A stretch of 64,000 nucleotides of DNA, from assembly GCA_963666055.2 (NCBI GenBank), contig CAXWPH010000015.1, positions 640,001-704,000 on the forward strand. Reading direction: 5' to 3'. This document shows, in pieces, positions 8,663-18,492 of the stretch; within the stretch, counting starts at the first letter, position 1, and the number at the start of each line of letters is the position of its first letter. This DNA comes from Acidobacteriota bacterium (GTDB lineage: Bacteria > Acidobacteriota > UBA890 > WLXD01). The notes beneath the pieces are model-generated. The model worked only from the letters and a program-made list of their open reading frames with translations. It searched no databases and was not told where the DNA came from. The translations under genes and the position numbers were made by a program.

Positions 8663-9745
8663 TCAGACCTTGGCCGCTGGCGGCCAGTAGGTGCGAAACT
8701 CGGCGCCGTGGCCCGGCCCCGCGGAACGTCCCTGTACGCGTCCCCCGGACGACAGCATCAGAGCGCGCACGATGTGGAGTCCGAGACCGGCCCCGCGTCC
8801 GGAGCGGCGCAGCTCGTCGCCCGGCCGGTAGAACTTGTCGAACAAACGTTCGGTGGCGCTCGGTTCAAATCCACGACCGTTGTCGACGACCTCCACGACA
8901 ACCTCGCCGGCTGCGGTGGTCGCCGACAGGCTCACCCTCGCGTCCACCGGTGTATCGCGAACCGCTTCGAAGGCGTTCTCGAGCAGGTTACGAACTACCG
9001 TCCGCAGCGCCGTCTCATCCGCCAAGATGGCGAGCGACTCTGGAATCTGCACCGCGAACGCGATCCCGCGGGCGGCAGCTCTCTCGGCGAACCCCGGCAG
9101 GAGCGGATCGAGAGCGAGCCTGACCGACAGCTGGGTCCGGTAGAACGTCAGTGCCCCCTCTTCGATTCGGGCACTCTCGAGCAGGTTGTCGACCATCGCC
9201 TGCAGTCGTTCCAATCCTCGTAGGACGCGCTCGACATGCCGCTGGCGGCCCTGGTGATCCAGGTCACGAAGTGCCAGTGTGTCGGCCGCCACCCTCGCGG
9301 CCGCAAGCGGGCTCTTGAACTCGTGGCTGACCGCGGCCAGAAAGTTGTCCTGTCGGCGGCGCAGCCGGGCTTCCTGGCGCAGCACCCGCGCGATCATCGA
9401 CAGCGCCGCCAGCAGAACCGCGAGGAAGAACCCGCCCTCCCAGAGGTAACGATTCAGGCGGCTTCGGCGCTGCGTCTCCAGGCGCGGCAGGACGGTCGCG
9501 TCGAGCTCCGCAACACCATCACGAACACCAACGTCATCGATCAGGCGCTCGACCTCGGCGGCAGGAACGCCGGCCTCGAGCAGGGCTTCGGCGATCGCCA
9601 GCCGCTCCTCATACAACCTGGAAAGCTGCGCGCGCACCTCGTCGGTGAACCACACCTGGTCCAGCATCCACCAGCCCAGCTGCGCGACGCTGATCACCAA
9701 CAACGCGGCGAATCCCCAGCGCACGAACAGCAGTCGCCGATCCAC
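8663..9745 (-). CDS. Membrane sensor histidine kinase (orphan in this window)
   Basis: Two TM segments, NFLAAVSHEFKSPL (H-box), NLLENA, DNGRG, FDKFYR, GAGLGL. Confidence 0.93.
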   Translation of the reverse strand: MDRRLLFVRWGFAALLVISVAQLGWWMLDQVWFTDEVRAQLSRLYEERLAIAEALLEAGVPAAEVERLIDDVGVRDGVAELDATVLPRLETQRRSRLNRYLWEGGFFLAVLLAALSMIARVLRQEARLRRRQDNFLAAVSHEFKSPLAAARVAADTLALRDLDHQGRQRHVERVLRGLERLQAMVDNLLESARIEEGALTFYRTQLSVRLALDPLLPGFAERAAARGIAFAVQIPESLAILADETALRTVVRNLLENAFEAVRDTPVDARVSLSATTAAGEVVVEVVDNGRGFEPSATERLFDKFYRPGDELRRSGRGAGLGLHIVRALMLSSGGRVQGRSAGPGHGAEFRTYWPPAAKV

Positions 9746-9862
9746 CTCGCCTCCCCGATTCACGGGCCGGCGCACAGGCACGGCCCGAAACGGTCATTCT
9801 AGCGACCCAATGCTGGAATCGGTTGCATCGCCCGCCGAGCCGGCCCGTACGAGTAACGAGGA

Positions 9863-10624
9863 TCAGGCGGCTGATGCCGTCCGTCGGTACCGGAGGGACG
9901 CGTAGGTCAACCAAGCGAGTGGCATGGCCACCAGCATGTATGTGATGTACCGACCGTAGCGCCCGTCAGGGCCGTAGGGCTCGGTCGCCCAGTGCAACGG
10001 CTCGCTGTAAGGCAGGACGTTGGCTTCCGTGAGCTCATGGAACCCGTAGATCAACAGCTGCGCGACGAACACCAGCAGGAAGACGGCGGTAACCTGGAAG
10101 AAGAGCGCCAGGTTGACTCGATGACCGTAGCGCGACCACAGCCAGGCGATGCTCGCAGCAGTCAGGATGCCGCCGATGGCTCCAACGATGAGCGGGATCG
10201 ATTGGATCTGACGGAACAGCACGTTCATCAACAGCGCCGTCTCCATGCCCTCGCGCGTGATCATGAACAGCGTGAAGATGAACACGCCGAAGAGCGCTCC
10301 GCGCCCGTGGCTGCGCGCTGCGTCGCTCAGGTGCTGCTCGATGTTGCCCTTCAGATGCTTCGCCGCGCGCCACATGTGGACCGTCAACGAGCCCACCATG
10401 ACGGCCGCCACCAGCGCCAGGATTCCTTCCCAGAGTGCCTGGTTCGCCGCCCGGGCGAAGAACACGCCGGCGATGATGCTTACCACCACCGACACAGCAA
10501 CGCCCCAGTAGATCGCCGGCACCAACTGCGCGCGACCGCTCTTGCGGAGGTACGCAAGGCTGATGGCGATGATGAGGAAAGCCTCGAGACCCTCCCTCAG
10601 TGTGATGATGTAGGAACTCAGCAT
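9863..10624 (-). CDS. FTR1/EfeU family iron permease
   Basis: Two RExxE motifs (LREGLEA, TREGMET) and about 7 TM helices. Start moved to ATG 10624. Confidence 0.92.
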   Translation of the reverse strand: MLSSYIITLREGLEAFLIIAISLAYLRKSGRAQLVPAIYWGVAVSVVVSIIAGVFFARAANQALWEGILALVAAVMVGSLTVHMWRAAKHLKGNIEQHLSDAARSHGRGALFGVFIFTLFMITREGMETALLMNVLFRQIQSIPLIVGAIGGILTAASIAWLWSRYGHRVNLALFFQVTAVFLLVFVAQLLIYGFHELTEANVLPYSEPLHWATEPYGPDGRYGRYITYMLVAMPLAWLTYASLRYRRTASAA

Positions 10625-10711
10625 CCGATTGCCGCCCCAAGCCGCGGCTACGCGGCCACTAAAATCTGCCCGAGCATTGGGTGATGAAGACAGTGCCAGC
10701 GAGATCAACTC

Positions 10712-10736
10712 GCTATTGAGATCGCGTCTCAGTAGC
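10712..10736. promoter_or_regulatory. Fur-box-like operator
   Basis: GCTATTGAGA-TCGCG-TCTCAGTAGC, a near-perfect palindrome (TGAGA-N5-TCTCA core) about 90 bp upstream of the iron permease. Confidence 0.65.
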
Positions 10737-10866
10737 AGAGTACGGCCGGCAATCCCTGCCCGTCAAGACCCCGCCAGCGGCGACTCGCCCGACGGTCTTG
10801 TGTATGGTCAACCCCGACGCTCCCCCGAGCCATATCGTGCTGCCGGTGATGCCGCGCTAGGGCCTT

Positions 10867-10894
10867 CTAGCAGAGTTCTTCAGCACCCTGCTAG
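10867..10894. mobile_element. Collapsed CTAG-flanked mini-element (20-bp body)
   Basis: Reverse complement is CTAG-CAGGGTGCTGAAGAACTCTG-CTAG, matching the TIR at 42842 (CTAGCAGGGTGCTGAAAAACTCTG) with one mismatch. Confidence 0.75.
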
Positions 10895-12621
10895 AAGGCG
10901 CTGTCGGCCAGCGTGATGACGCGGCCAGGAAGCGCCCCGGTCAGGCGGCCTTCCTCGACGACAGCCTCGCCCCCGACCAGCACCCACTCGACGCCCTCGG
11001 CAAACTGGTGCGGCTCGCTGAACGTCGCCCGGTCGCGAATCCTCTCGAGATCGAAGACCACGAGGTCCGCCACCAGGCCCTCACGTACCAGGCCCCGGTC
11101 GTTGAGCCGTAGCACCTGCGCCGGTAGCGATGTCGACGTGCGCACCGCCTGTGCGACGCTGAGCGCCCCCAGCTCGATCGCGTAGCGCCGAATCTTGCGT
11201 GGAAAAGTCCCGTAGTAGCGAGCGTGAACCGGAAGCTCATCCTCGACTACCGCGACGCCGGCGTCGGAAGCGGTCAGCGTGTAAGGCTCGGCCGCCAGAG
11301 CCTCGACGTCGACCTCGGCGAGCGAGAATCCGCGCAGGCGAGCGCCACCCGGGCGCGTCGTGAACCCCTCGAGCTGAAGAAGGATCGCCGCCTCGATGGG
11401 TTCGACCCCACGATCGCGGGCGAGCTGAGCGAGCGACTTGCCGACTTGTGTCGGGTCCGAGTACTCGAAGATGAAGATCTGCTCGGCCCCACCGCGGCGA
11501 TCGATCTCACGGCGGACGTCGCGCCCCAGGTCGGCACGGAGGGCGTCGTCGTCGAGGACATGGCGCAAAGTGGCGGCGTAATCGGGGTCGGCGGCTTCCT
11601 CGTCGCCACTCTCGCCCCAACGATCGTAGCCCAGCGCCCATGGCGGGATCAGCACTGTGTTGCCGTCGCTTCCCGTAGTCGTGTACGGGTACTGGTCTAA
11701 CCAGATCTCGACGCCGCGGGCGCGCGCCGTCCGCATCAAGTTGATGATGGCGCCGCTAGAGCCCCAGTAGTCGGCACCTTTCACCTTGATGTGGGTGGCC
11801 ACCGTGGGGACACGCGTGGACTCGGCGATAAGAATCGTCTCGACGATGTTGTCGAGCATTGTCGGCGGCCCGGGCTCATGCCGGCTCGGCAGATACCACA
11901 TGGGGTCGGCGCCCGAGGCACGCTCGTGCACGATGTACACGCCACCGGTATCGGTGAGCGTCGATACCAAACTGAGCACCTCGGAGGTATCGCTCCATCG
12001 CCCCGGTACGTATTCGAGCCCCGCGGACAGGCCGTAGGCGCCCTCGGCGATGCCCTGGCGCACCATGGCGGCCATGCGCCGCACCTCATCGTCGGTCGCC
12101 AGACGTCGAAAGTCGGGCCCGAGCACCTCGCGGCGAATGCTGTTGTGGCCCACCAGCAGAATGGTGTTGGGGCCGGTACCGAGGTCTTCCAGGGTGGCCC
12201 GTTGCCGGGCGATCGACAGCGGGCTGCCGCCGTCCTGATTGACCACCACCGTGGTGATGCCCTGGCTGACCAGGTTCGGTGCGCTGCGCTTGTGTGGATC
12301 CGGTGCACGCAGCCCGCTGCGTTCTCCGTCGGGACCATCGGCGTGCGAGTGCATGTCGATGAAGCCGGGGGCGACGATCTTACCAGCGACGTCGATCACG
12401 CGGTCGGCGGGCGCCCCACTCAGCCGCCCGACGGCAGCGATGCGCCCGTCCTTGATGCCAACGTCGGCGTAGCGCCATGGATTGCCCGTGCCGTCGAGTA
12501 CCCGGCCGCCGACGAGCAACAGGTCGTAGCCGTCGGCCGCGAGGGTCGAGCCACCGGTGGCGACGGCGAGCAACATCGTCAGTGCCAGCGCCCCGCCGTG
12601 GCCAACAATTCGCTCGTTCAT
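10891..12621 (-). CDS. Exported N-acyl-D-amino-acid deacylase-like amidohydrolase
   Basis: Signal peptide, GGRVLDGTGNP, PGFIDMHSH, GLSAGLEY, DQYPYT, YGTFPR, ADLVVFD. ATGA overlap with the upstream gene. Confidence 0.88.
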   Translation of the reverse strand: MNERIVGHGGALALTMLLAVATGGSTLAADGYDLLLVGGRVLDGTGNPWRYADVGIKDGRIAAVGRLSGAPADRVIDVAGKIVAPGFIDMHSHADGPDGERSGLRAPDPHKRSAPNLVSQGITTVVVNQDGGSPLSIARQRATLEDLGTGPNTILLVGHNSIRREVLGPDFRRLATDDEVRRMAAMVRQGIAEGAYGLSAGLEYVPGRWSDTSEVLSLVSTLTDTGGVYIVHERASGADPMWYLPSRHEPGPPTMLDNIVETILIAESTRVPTVATHIKVKGADYWGSSGAIINLMRTARARGVEIWLDQYPYTTTGSDGNTVLIPPWALGYDRWGESGDEEAADPDYAATLRHVLDDDALRADLGRDVRREIDRRGGAEQIFIFEYSDPTQVGKSLAQLARDRGVEPIEAAILLQLEGFTTRPGGARLRGFSLAEVDVEALAAEPYTLTASDAGVAVVEDELPVHARYYGTFPRKIRRYAIELGALSVAQAVRTSTSLPAQVLRLNDRGLVREGLVADLVVFDLERIRDRATFSEPHQFAEGVEWVLVGGEAVVEEGRLTGALPGRVITLADSAF

Positions 12622-15119
12622 GAGCCGCTCGTCAGCCTCTTGATCTCGTCGTCGTAACCGGTCATCTCCCAGCGCGTCAACGAGATCGGGATGAGACCCG
12701 CGGCCAGGAACTCGTCGATGAACTCGCGCAGATTGAATTCCGTCCCCAGCTGCATGGCGCGATCGCGGAACAGCTTCATGAAGTGCGCCTTGCCGAGGAC
12801 CACACCCGTGTGGAACGCCGGGAACCGCAGGTTGGACTCCATCTCGAACCAGACCATGGGTTCGTCTTCGTGCGACCAGCCATACGGCATGATCTCGGCA
12901 CAATAACGTCGCGCCTCGGCGAGCGTCATCTCGTTGCTGTGCATCTTGAAGTCCGGTAGCGACAGGCTCATGTGCGAGGCATTCATCAGATACTCGATCT
13001 CACGACCTCGCTGCGGTCGCTCGTCGAGCACGCCGGCCACCATCAGCAGCTCTTCGAGCGCCACTGCCCAGCCCTCGGTGCGCACCCAGTCCATGTTGTA
13101 TTGGCGCTCGACGCCACGAATCGGACGGTTGTCGAGCTCGGCTCGCTGGTAGTCGAACATGTGGCCGATGAACTCGTGTGTCTCGCCCGGCAGCACCTCA
13201 CGCTCGCGCGCCTTGTGGTCGATGCTGGGATTCTCCGGCAGCGGACCTCGCTCCTCGGATGGATCGCTGTAGTCGGTGGGGTCGAGCCAGTCCGGTACCG
13301 TGAGGATCTCTTCGTCGCGAAGAAACTCGACGACGTACGCGAGCGCCTCATCCAGCCGCTGATAGTACTTCTCTGCCGTGTCGGCGACCTCGAGAGGCGG
13401 TAGCTTGCGGTTGCGGTGCTCTTCGAGCTTCAGGAACGTGATGATGCGACTGTATTCGTGCTGCACGATGCCTTGCGCCTCTTCCCAGGTGTACGGGACC
13501 AGGTGCACGTTCTTCAGCCACCAGTTGTAGTTGTCGATCCCGATACCGGCTGGGCCGGTCATGCGGCTCTTGTTCAGCTCGATCCAGTGCCCGTATTCCT
13601 CGACCGCGTTGCGGGCGCGCTCGGCATCCTCGACCAGGTCTGGATGGTGCTCTCGCAAGCCAGCCGCGAGCCTCCCGTAGACCGACGCCTCGCGCTCGTA
13701 ATAGTGCAGCGCCAGCAACGCCAGATCCTCGGGCACGTCGACGAGGTTGCCCTGCGCTTGTTCGTACAGGCGCGGTACCGCACGCAACGAGGCGGTGAAC
13801 TCGGCCAGCCGATCAGTCGACAACGGAAACCGGGCTCGCCGCAACGCCGTGAACCCCGCCATCGCCGGTCCGCCACCGCCTTGCGTGGGCAGGTAGAAGA
13901 CCGGATCTCGCGACCAGGGCCGTAGCACGCGGTGATAGAAGTCCAGCCCGTTCATCTCCCCCCGCACCAGGTGGTAGTCGACCTTCTGCGAGACCGGCCA
14001 GGAGGCGATATCGAGCGCCGCCAACCGACGCTGGTACTCGCCGAGCTGGCGATGCTGGCGCGACATCGTCGCGGCGGTGTAGTCGGGCATGCCATCGATC
14101 ATCTCGGGCCCCTGAGAGGCACGGAACTCTTCGAACAGCGCCACCAGGTCCTCGTAGCGGCTGCCCACCGATGCCGTCTCGCCGCCGACGGCGAAGGGCG
14201 CGAAGTGCTCCTGCAGCAATTCGTTGAGCGCCTCTGCGGCCTGTTCCGGCACCCAGTGGCCCACCCCCTCGAGAATCTCGAATCGGTACGGCCCCTCGAC
14301 GAAGCTTGCGGTGAGCTCGGCACCCTCACGCCCCAACGCGACGTCGTCGGTGCTCCATACGTACATGGTCGGCATGGCGATGGGCGTGACCTGGCCGGCG
14401 CCGGTCTGCAGATTCATGGCCCGATACCAGTTCAACGCCGCACCGAGAGCTTCGCGGGTGCCGAGCAAGTCGACGTATTCCTGTATCTCGCTCGGGCTCA
14501 GCCCGGCGCCGCCGTAAATCCCCCGCAGCATCGCCGCATCGTTGGCCAGGAAGAGATCCTCCGACCCGTCTGCGCGGAATACGTCCATGTACCCGGACAT
14601 CTGCGCCTGCTGTCCTTCCGGGTCGGCTAGCGCCTGGCCGAACGCGTACGGGTGCGGAACGGAGATCGGCACCAGCGAGAGCACGCGATCCGGGTGCATG
14701 AGACCCACGAACCACGCCACGGCCGCGCCCCAGTCATGACCGACGATGTGGAAGGTGTCTGCACCCACCGCGTCGGCCATGCCGATGATGTCCGCGACCA
14801 GGTTAGGAATGGTGTAGGCCTCGACACCTTGTGGACGCGCCCCGGGCGAGTAGCCACGCTGGTTGGGTGCTATCACCCGGAAACCCATCGAGGCGAGCTT
14901 GGGAAGCTGATGGCGCCACTCGAAGGAGGCCTGAGGAAAGCCATGCAGCATGAACACCACCGGCCCGTCTTCCGGCCCGGCTACCAAGGCATCGAAGACG
15001 AGCTCGCCGACTTCGATTTTCACTTTGTCGGCCATCGAGAACCCGGCCGTTGGAGACACCACGGTCAGCAACAACGCCACGATCGTTAACACCGCAGCAC
15101 GACAAGCAACTCTGTTCAT
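12618..15119 (-). CDS. Exported alpha/beta hydrolase (epoxide hydrolase-like) fused to a DUF885-like domain
   Basis: N-half: LHGFPQ, NQRGYS, GHDWGA, GHWVPEQ. C-half: KVDYHLVRGEMNGLDF.HRVLRPWSRDP, HEFIGH, EGWA. Start ATG 15119; the longer track ORF is an antisense extension over the next gene. Confidence 0.8.
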   Translation of the reverse strand: MNRVACRAAVLTIVALLLTVVSPTAGFSMADKVKIEVGELVFDALVAGPEDGPVVFMLHGFPQASFEWRHQLPKLASMGFRVIAPNQRGYSPGARPQGVEAYTIPNLVADIIGMADAVGADTFHIVGHDWGAAVAWFVGLMHPDRVLSLVPISVPHPYAFGQALADPEGQQAQMSGYMDVFRADGSEDLFLANDAAMLRGIYGGAGLSPSEIQEYVDLLGTREALGAALNWYRAMNLQTGAGQVTPIAMPTMYVWSTDDVALGREGAELTASFVEGPYRFEILEGVGHWVPEQAAEALNELLQEHFAPFAVGGETASVGSRYEDLVALFEEFRASQGPEMIDGMPDYTAATMSRQHRQLGEYQRRLAALDIASWPVSQKVDYHLVRGEMNGLDFYHRVLRPWSRDPVFYLPTQGGGGPAMAGFTALRRARFPLSTDRLAEFTASLRAVPRLYEQAQGNLVDVPEDLALLALHYYEREASVYGRLAAGLREHHPDLVEDAERARNAVEEYGHWIELNKSRMTGPAGIGIDNYNWWLKNVHLVPYTWEEAQGIVQHEYSRIITFLKLEEHRNRKLPPLEVADTAEKYYQRLDEALAYVVEFLRDEEILTVPDWLDPTDYSDPSEERGPLPENPSIDHKAREREVLPGETHEFIGHMFDYQRAELDNRPIRGVERQYNMDWVRTEGWAVALEELLMVAGVLDERPQRGREIEYLMNASHMSLSLPDFKMHSNEMTLAEARRYCAEIMPYGWSHEDEPMVWFEMESNLRFPAFHTGVVLGKAHFMKLFRDRAMQLGTEFNLREFIDEFLAAGLIPISLTRWEMTGYDDEIKRLTSGS

Positions 15120-15323
15120 GGGTTCGTCCTCGAGTAGCGGAGCATCGCTCACAACCGAGTCTGCCAGAATTCGGCGCGGACGGCGAAGGTGGTCGCTGGA
15201 CGCGGCGCGGACCGACGTCACGCTCTCGGGCCGGTGACTTTCTTGCTCCGCGCGGGTAGCCTTTCGTCGCGAAACGGGTTGCAGGCAGCGGCCCTCCGAC
15301 AAGACAACCGATGAGGAACCTCG

Positions 15324-16664
15324 ATGACAGCAGCGATCGGCCGGATTCGGCGGTCCTCGGCGTTGCGCCTTGGCGTTGCCTGCGGCGCGTCTATGCTGGG
15401 GCTCGTGTCCGCTTCCGCACAATGGACGCCGCTGGCCCGTGGCAGCGACAACATCCAAGTCGTGTCGCACCTGCCGCTCGGGCCACGGATCAGCGTCGCC
15501 GACATCGAGCTCGAGCAGGAGCTGTCGCGCCCGTACGTATATGTGGCCCGCATGGTGTACGGCGACGTCGGCGAGAAGGGCACCGACATCATCAGCATCG
15601 AGGACCCGGAGCACCCGAGGGTCATCTACCGCTGGCGAATTGAGGACCAGGACCTGCACCTGGATACCGGCGGCATGGACGTGAAGTACTTCAAATGGAG
15701 CGACCGCTACTACGTCGTGCAGTCGTTGCAGTTCGGCCAGGGCGGCCCCAACACGGACCTCGGTGCCGTTGTCCTCGACGTAACCGAGCTTCCCGATGCC
15801 GACGCGGTCAGCGAGGTGGCGCGTATCCGGGCGCCCGACCAGCCGCGCGGCTTCCACAACATCTTCATCTACAAGCACTCCAACGGTCGGGTGTTGCTGT
15901 TCGCCACCACCGAGGGCTCGTCGGTGCATGTGTACGACCTCGGCCACGTGGTCGAGGGCAAGATGAACGACGCGTTGGTGGCCAAGGTGCAGGCTGGGCC
16001 GTCGCCGGGTCCCTTTTCCAGCTATCACGACATGTACGTCGGCTACCACGTCGACAGCCAGCAGGATCGCTTCTACGGCGCCGGTACCGGTGGCTACTAC
16101 GTGTACGACGTCACCGATCTGGAGAACCCCGCACTCCTGGTATCGCTCTCTGGAATCGAGGGGGTGACCGCCGGCCACACCTTCACGCCCACCCCTGACG
16201 GTCGCTACGTGGTCGCCGAGAGCGAGTACCGCTACGCGCCCTTACGCATCTTCGACCTCAAGCCGGGGCTGGACGGCGACGTTGCCAACATCTCGGTGCC
16301 GATCTCGGCATGGACCGCCAACTGGCAGTACCTGGTGCACAACCACGAAATTCGCTGGCCGTTCGTCTTCGTCTCCGGCTACATGGACGGGCTGCAAGTG
16401 TTCAGCATCATGGATCCGTCCAACCCGGTCACCGTCGGTTACTACGCCACCTATGTCGGGCCGGAAAATCCCGATGTGTATCCGACCGACAATGGTGCGT
16501 TCGGGGTCGATGTTCGCAACGCCGACGGGCTGATCGTGATCAGCGACATGACCACCGGCTTCTGGGCCTTCCGCATGGAGGGTTTCCAAGGCTGGAACGG
16601 CGCCGACTGGGGCATGCCCAACATCTCGAGCGTGCAGGACTGGAGCGCCGGTCCGCAGCCATAG
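15324..16664 (+). CDS. Exported LVIVD-repeat beta-propeller protein
   Basis: Signal peptide, repeated (V/I)(L/Y)DVT/S..P units, His motifs GFHN, YHD, GHTF, VHNH. Confidence 0.75.
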   Translation: MTAAIGRIRRSSALRLGVACGASMLGLVSASAQWTPLARGSDNIQVVSHLPLGPRISVADIELEQELSRPYVYVARMVYGDVGEKGTDIISIEDPEHPRVIYRWRIEDQDLHLDTGGMDVKYFKWSDRYYVVQSLQFGQGGPNTDLGAVVLDVTELPDADAVSEVARIRAPDQPRGFHNIFIYKHSNGRVLLFATTEGSSVHVYDLGHVVEGKMNDALVAKVQAGPSPGPFSSYHDMYVGYHVDSQQDRFYGAGTGGYYVYDVTDLENPALLVSLSGIEGVTAGHTFTPTPDGRYVVAESEYRYAPLRIFDLKPGLDGDVANISVPISAWTANWQYLVHNHEIRWPFVFVSGYMDGLQVFSIMDPSNPVTVGYYATYVGPENPDVYPTDNGAFGVDVRNADGLIVISDMTTGFWAFRMEGFQGWNGADWGMPNISSVQDWSAGPQP

Positions 16665-16672
16665 GCTCCCTC

Positions 16673-17056
16673 ATGCAAAATACACGGCTCTACCGTCTCG
16701 GCCTCGGGGTAATGGCAACAGTGTTCGTGTTATCAGCAGCAGTGCAATACAACGATCCGGATCCTCTCGCCTGGGTGGCGATCTATCTGGCGGCAGCGGC
16801 CGTGTCGATGGCCGCGCTCGGCGCCATCCCGGTCGCTCGTGTGGCGATGGCCGTGGGCGCCGCGGCGACAATTTGGGCCGCCACATTGCTGCCGGTCGTC
16901 GCACGCTCTTCGCTTCCCGCCTTGTTCGAGTCGTGGGAAATGATGAGCGCCGACGTTGAAGAGGGGCGGGAGATCGGTGGCCTCCTGTTGGTTGGCGGGT
17001 GGATGGCGTTCGTTGCCTACCGTGGCTACGGGCGACCCGGGAGCACCAAATCGTGA
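16673..17056 (+). CDS. Transmembrane 220 (TMEM220) family protein
   Basis: AAVQYNDPDPLAWVAIY and VEEGREIGGLL signatures. Start ATG 16673. Confidence 0.85.
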   Translation: MQNTRLYRLGLGVMATVFVLSAAVQYNDPDPLAWVAIYLAAAAVSMAALGAIPVARVAMAVGAAATIWAATLLPVVARSSLPALFESWEMMSADVEEGREIGGLLLVGGWMAFVAYRGYGRPGSTKS

Positions 17057-18492
17057 GCTTGGGAGTCGTCGATCTGGCCATCCTATTGCTGTACTTCGTG
17101 GTCGTTATCGCCCTGGGCTACACGGCGATGCGCAAGACGAAACGGTTCGACGACTACGCCGTTGCCGGCCGACGCCTGCCGGTGGTGTTCCTGTTCGCCA
17201 CCATGGCAGCAACCGCGACCGGCGGCGCGGCGACCGTGGGCCGAGCCTCTCAGGCGTATCAGGCCGGCATCGTGATCTTTGCCGCCACCATGGGATTCGT
17301 CCTGAATCAGCTGTTGTCGGGCCTGTTTCTGGCGCCGCGCATTCGCGCAATCGGCAAGCTCTATACGGTCGGCGACGTCATGGGCTTCTATTACGGTCGC
17401 GCCGCGCGGGCGCTTACCGGCCTCTTATCGTTCCTCTACAGCGTCACCCTGTTCGGCGTTCAACTGCTGGCGATGGGACGGATCCTGCAAACCATCACCG
17501 GTCTCCCGCTGGTGCCGTTGACGATTGCGGGGTCGATCGTCACCGTGATCTACACCGGACTCGGCGGCATCTGGGCGGTGATTTACACGGATCTGCTGCA
17601 GTTTCTCGTCCTCGCCTTCGGCATCACGACGGCAGCGGTGGTCGCGGTTCACGCGGCGGGCGGCGTCGATGCGCTGGTGAGTGGACTCGACCCGGTGTTG
17701 TTGAGCCCAGCGGGCACCTGGCCAACCTCGCAGATCGTGGCAGTCTTCGTGGCATTTCTGCTCGGCGAAGCGCTCGCCCCGTACTTCGTGCAGCGTTACG
17801 CGGCTACCAAGAGCCCGTCGGACACTCGCTGGGGGGTGACGCTCTTCGGCGCCTACTACGGCTTCTACACCATCGTCGTGATCGCCCTGGGCTTGGCCGG
17901 CGCGATGCTTCTGAGCGACACCGAGCCCGATCTGGTGCTGACCACCATCGTGCGCGATTTCCTGCCGCTCGGTCTCAAGGGCCTGGTATTCGCGGCGCTG
18001 CTTGCCGCCGTGATGTCGACCGGGGACTCGATCCTCAACAACGCCTCGGTGATCTTCACGCGCGACATCTACCGGATGTTTCTCCGCCACGAGGCCAGCG
18101 ACGCACGCATGCTCCTTTGGGCTCGTATCAGCACCTTGGCCATTGGCGCCGCCGGGGTGGCCGCTGCGCTGAGCCTGCCGGACGTGTTTCAGCTACTCAT
18201 TTACACGTACACGTTGTGGGCACCGTCGATTGTTCCACCTCTCGTGGTGGCACTGCTCTGGGGTGGGGCCCGGCAGCGACGCGTGGCGCCGCGCGCGGCG
18301 GTACCGGCGATCGTAGCGGGGATGACGACGACGTTTCTCTGGGGAACGCCTTTGCTCGGCGAGCCACTGGGCATCCCACCCGTCGTCGCAGGAGTGTTCG
18401 CCAACCTGCTGGTGCTCTACCTGGCACACACGGCGACGCGCAACATGGCGCCGACCGGGATCTTCCGCGCCGAGGAGGTTGAAGCAGGATGA
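17053..18492 (+). CDS. Sodium:solute symporter (SSS) family transporter
   Basis: DYAVAGRRLP, YTGLGGIWAVIYTDLLQF, AAVMSTGDS, about 13 TMs. GTGA overlap with the TMEM220 gene. Confidence 0.93.
   Translation: MSLGVVDLAILLLYFVVVIALGYTAMRKTKRFDDYAVAGRRLPVVFLFATMAATATGGAATVGRASQAYQAGIVIFAATMGFVLNQLLSGLFLAPRIRAIGKLYTVGDVMGFYYGRAARALTGLLSFLYSVTLFGVQLLAMGRILQTITGLPLVPLTIAGSIVTVIYTGLGGIWAVIYTDLLQFLVLAFGITTAAVVAVHAAGGVDALVSGLDPVLLSPAGTWPTSQIVAVFVAFLLGEALAPYFVQRYAATKSPSDTRWGVTLFGAYYGFYTIVVIALGLAGAMLLSDTEPDLVLTTIVRDFLPLGLKGLVFAALLAAVMSTGDSILNNASVIFTRDIYRMFLRHEASDARMLLWARISTLAIGAAGVAAALSLPDVFQLLIYTYTLWAPSIVPPLVVALLWGGARQRRVAPRAAVPAIVAGMTTTFLWGTPLLGEPLGIPPVVAGVFANLLVLYLAHTATRNMAPTGIFRAEEVEAG

Noticed and set aside
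15120-16178. N-terminal 350 aa of the 1186-aa track ORF (12618-16178)
   Set aside because: Antisense shadow of the LVIVD gene; a signal peptide and the plausible start are at 15119.
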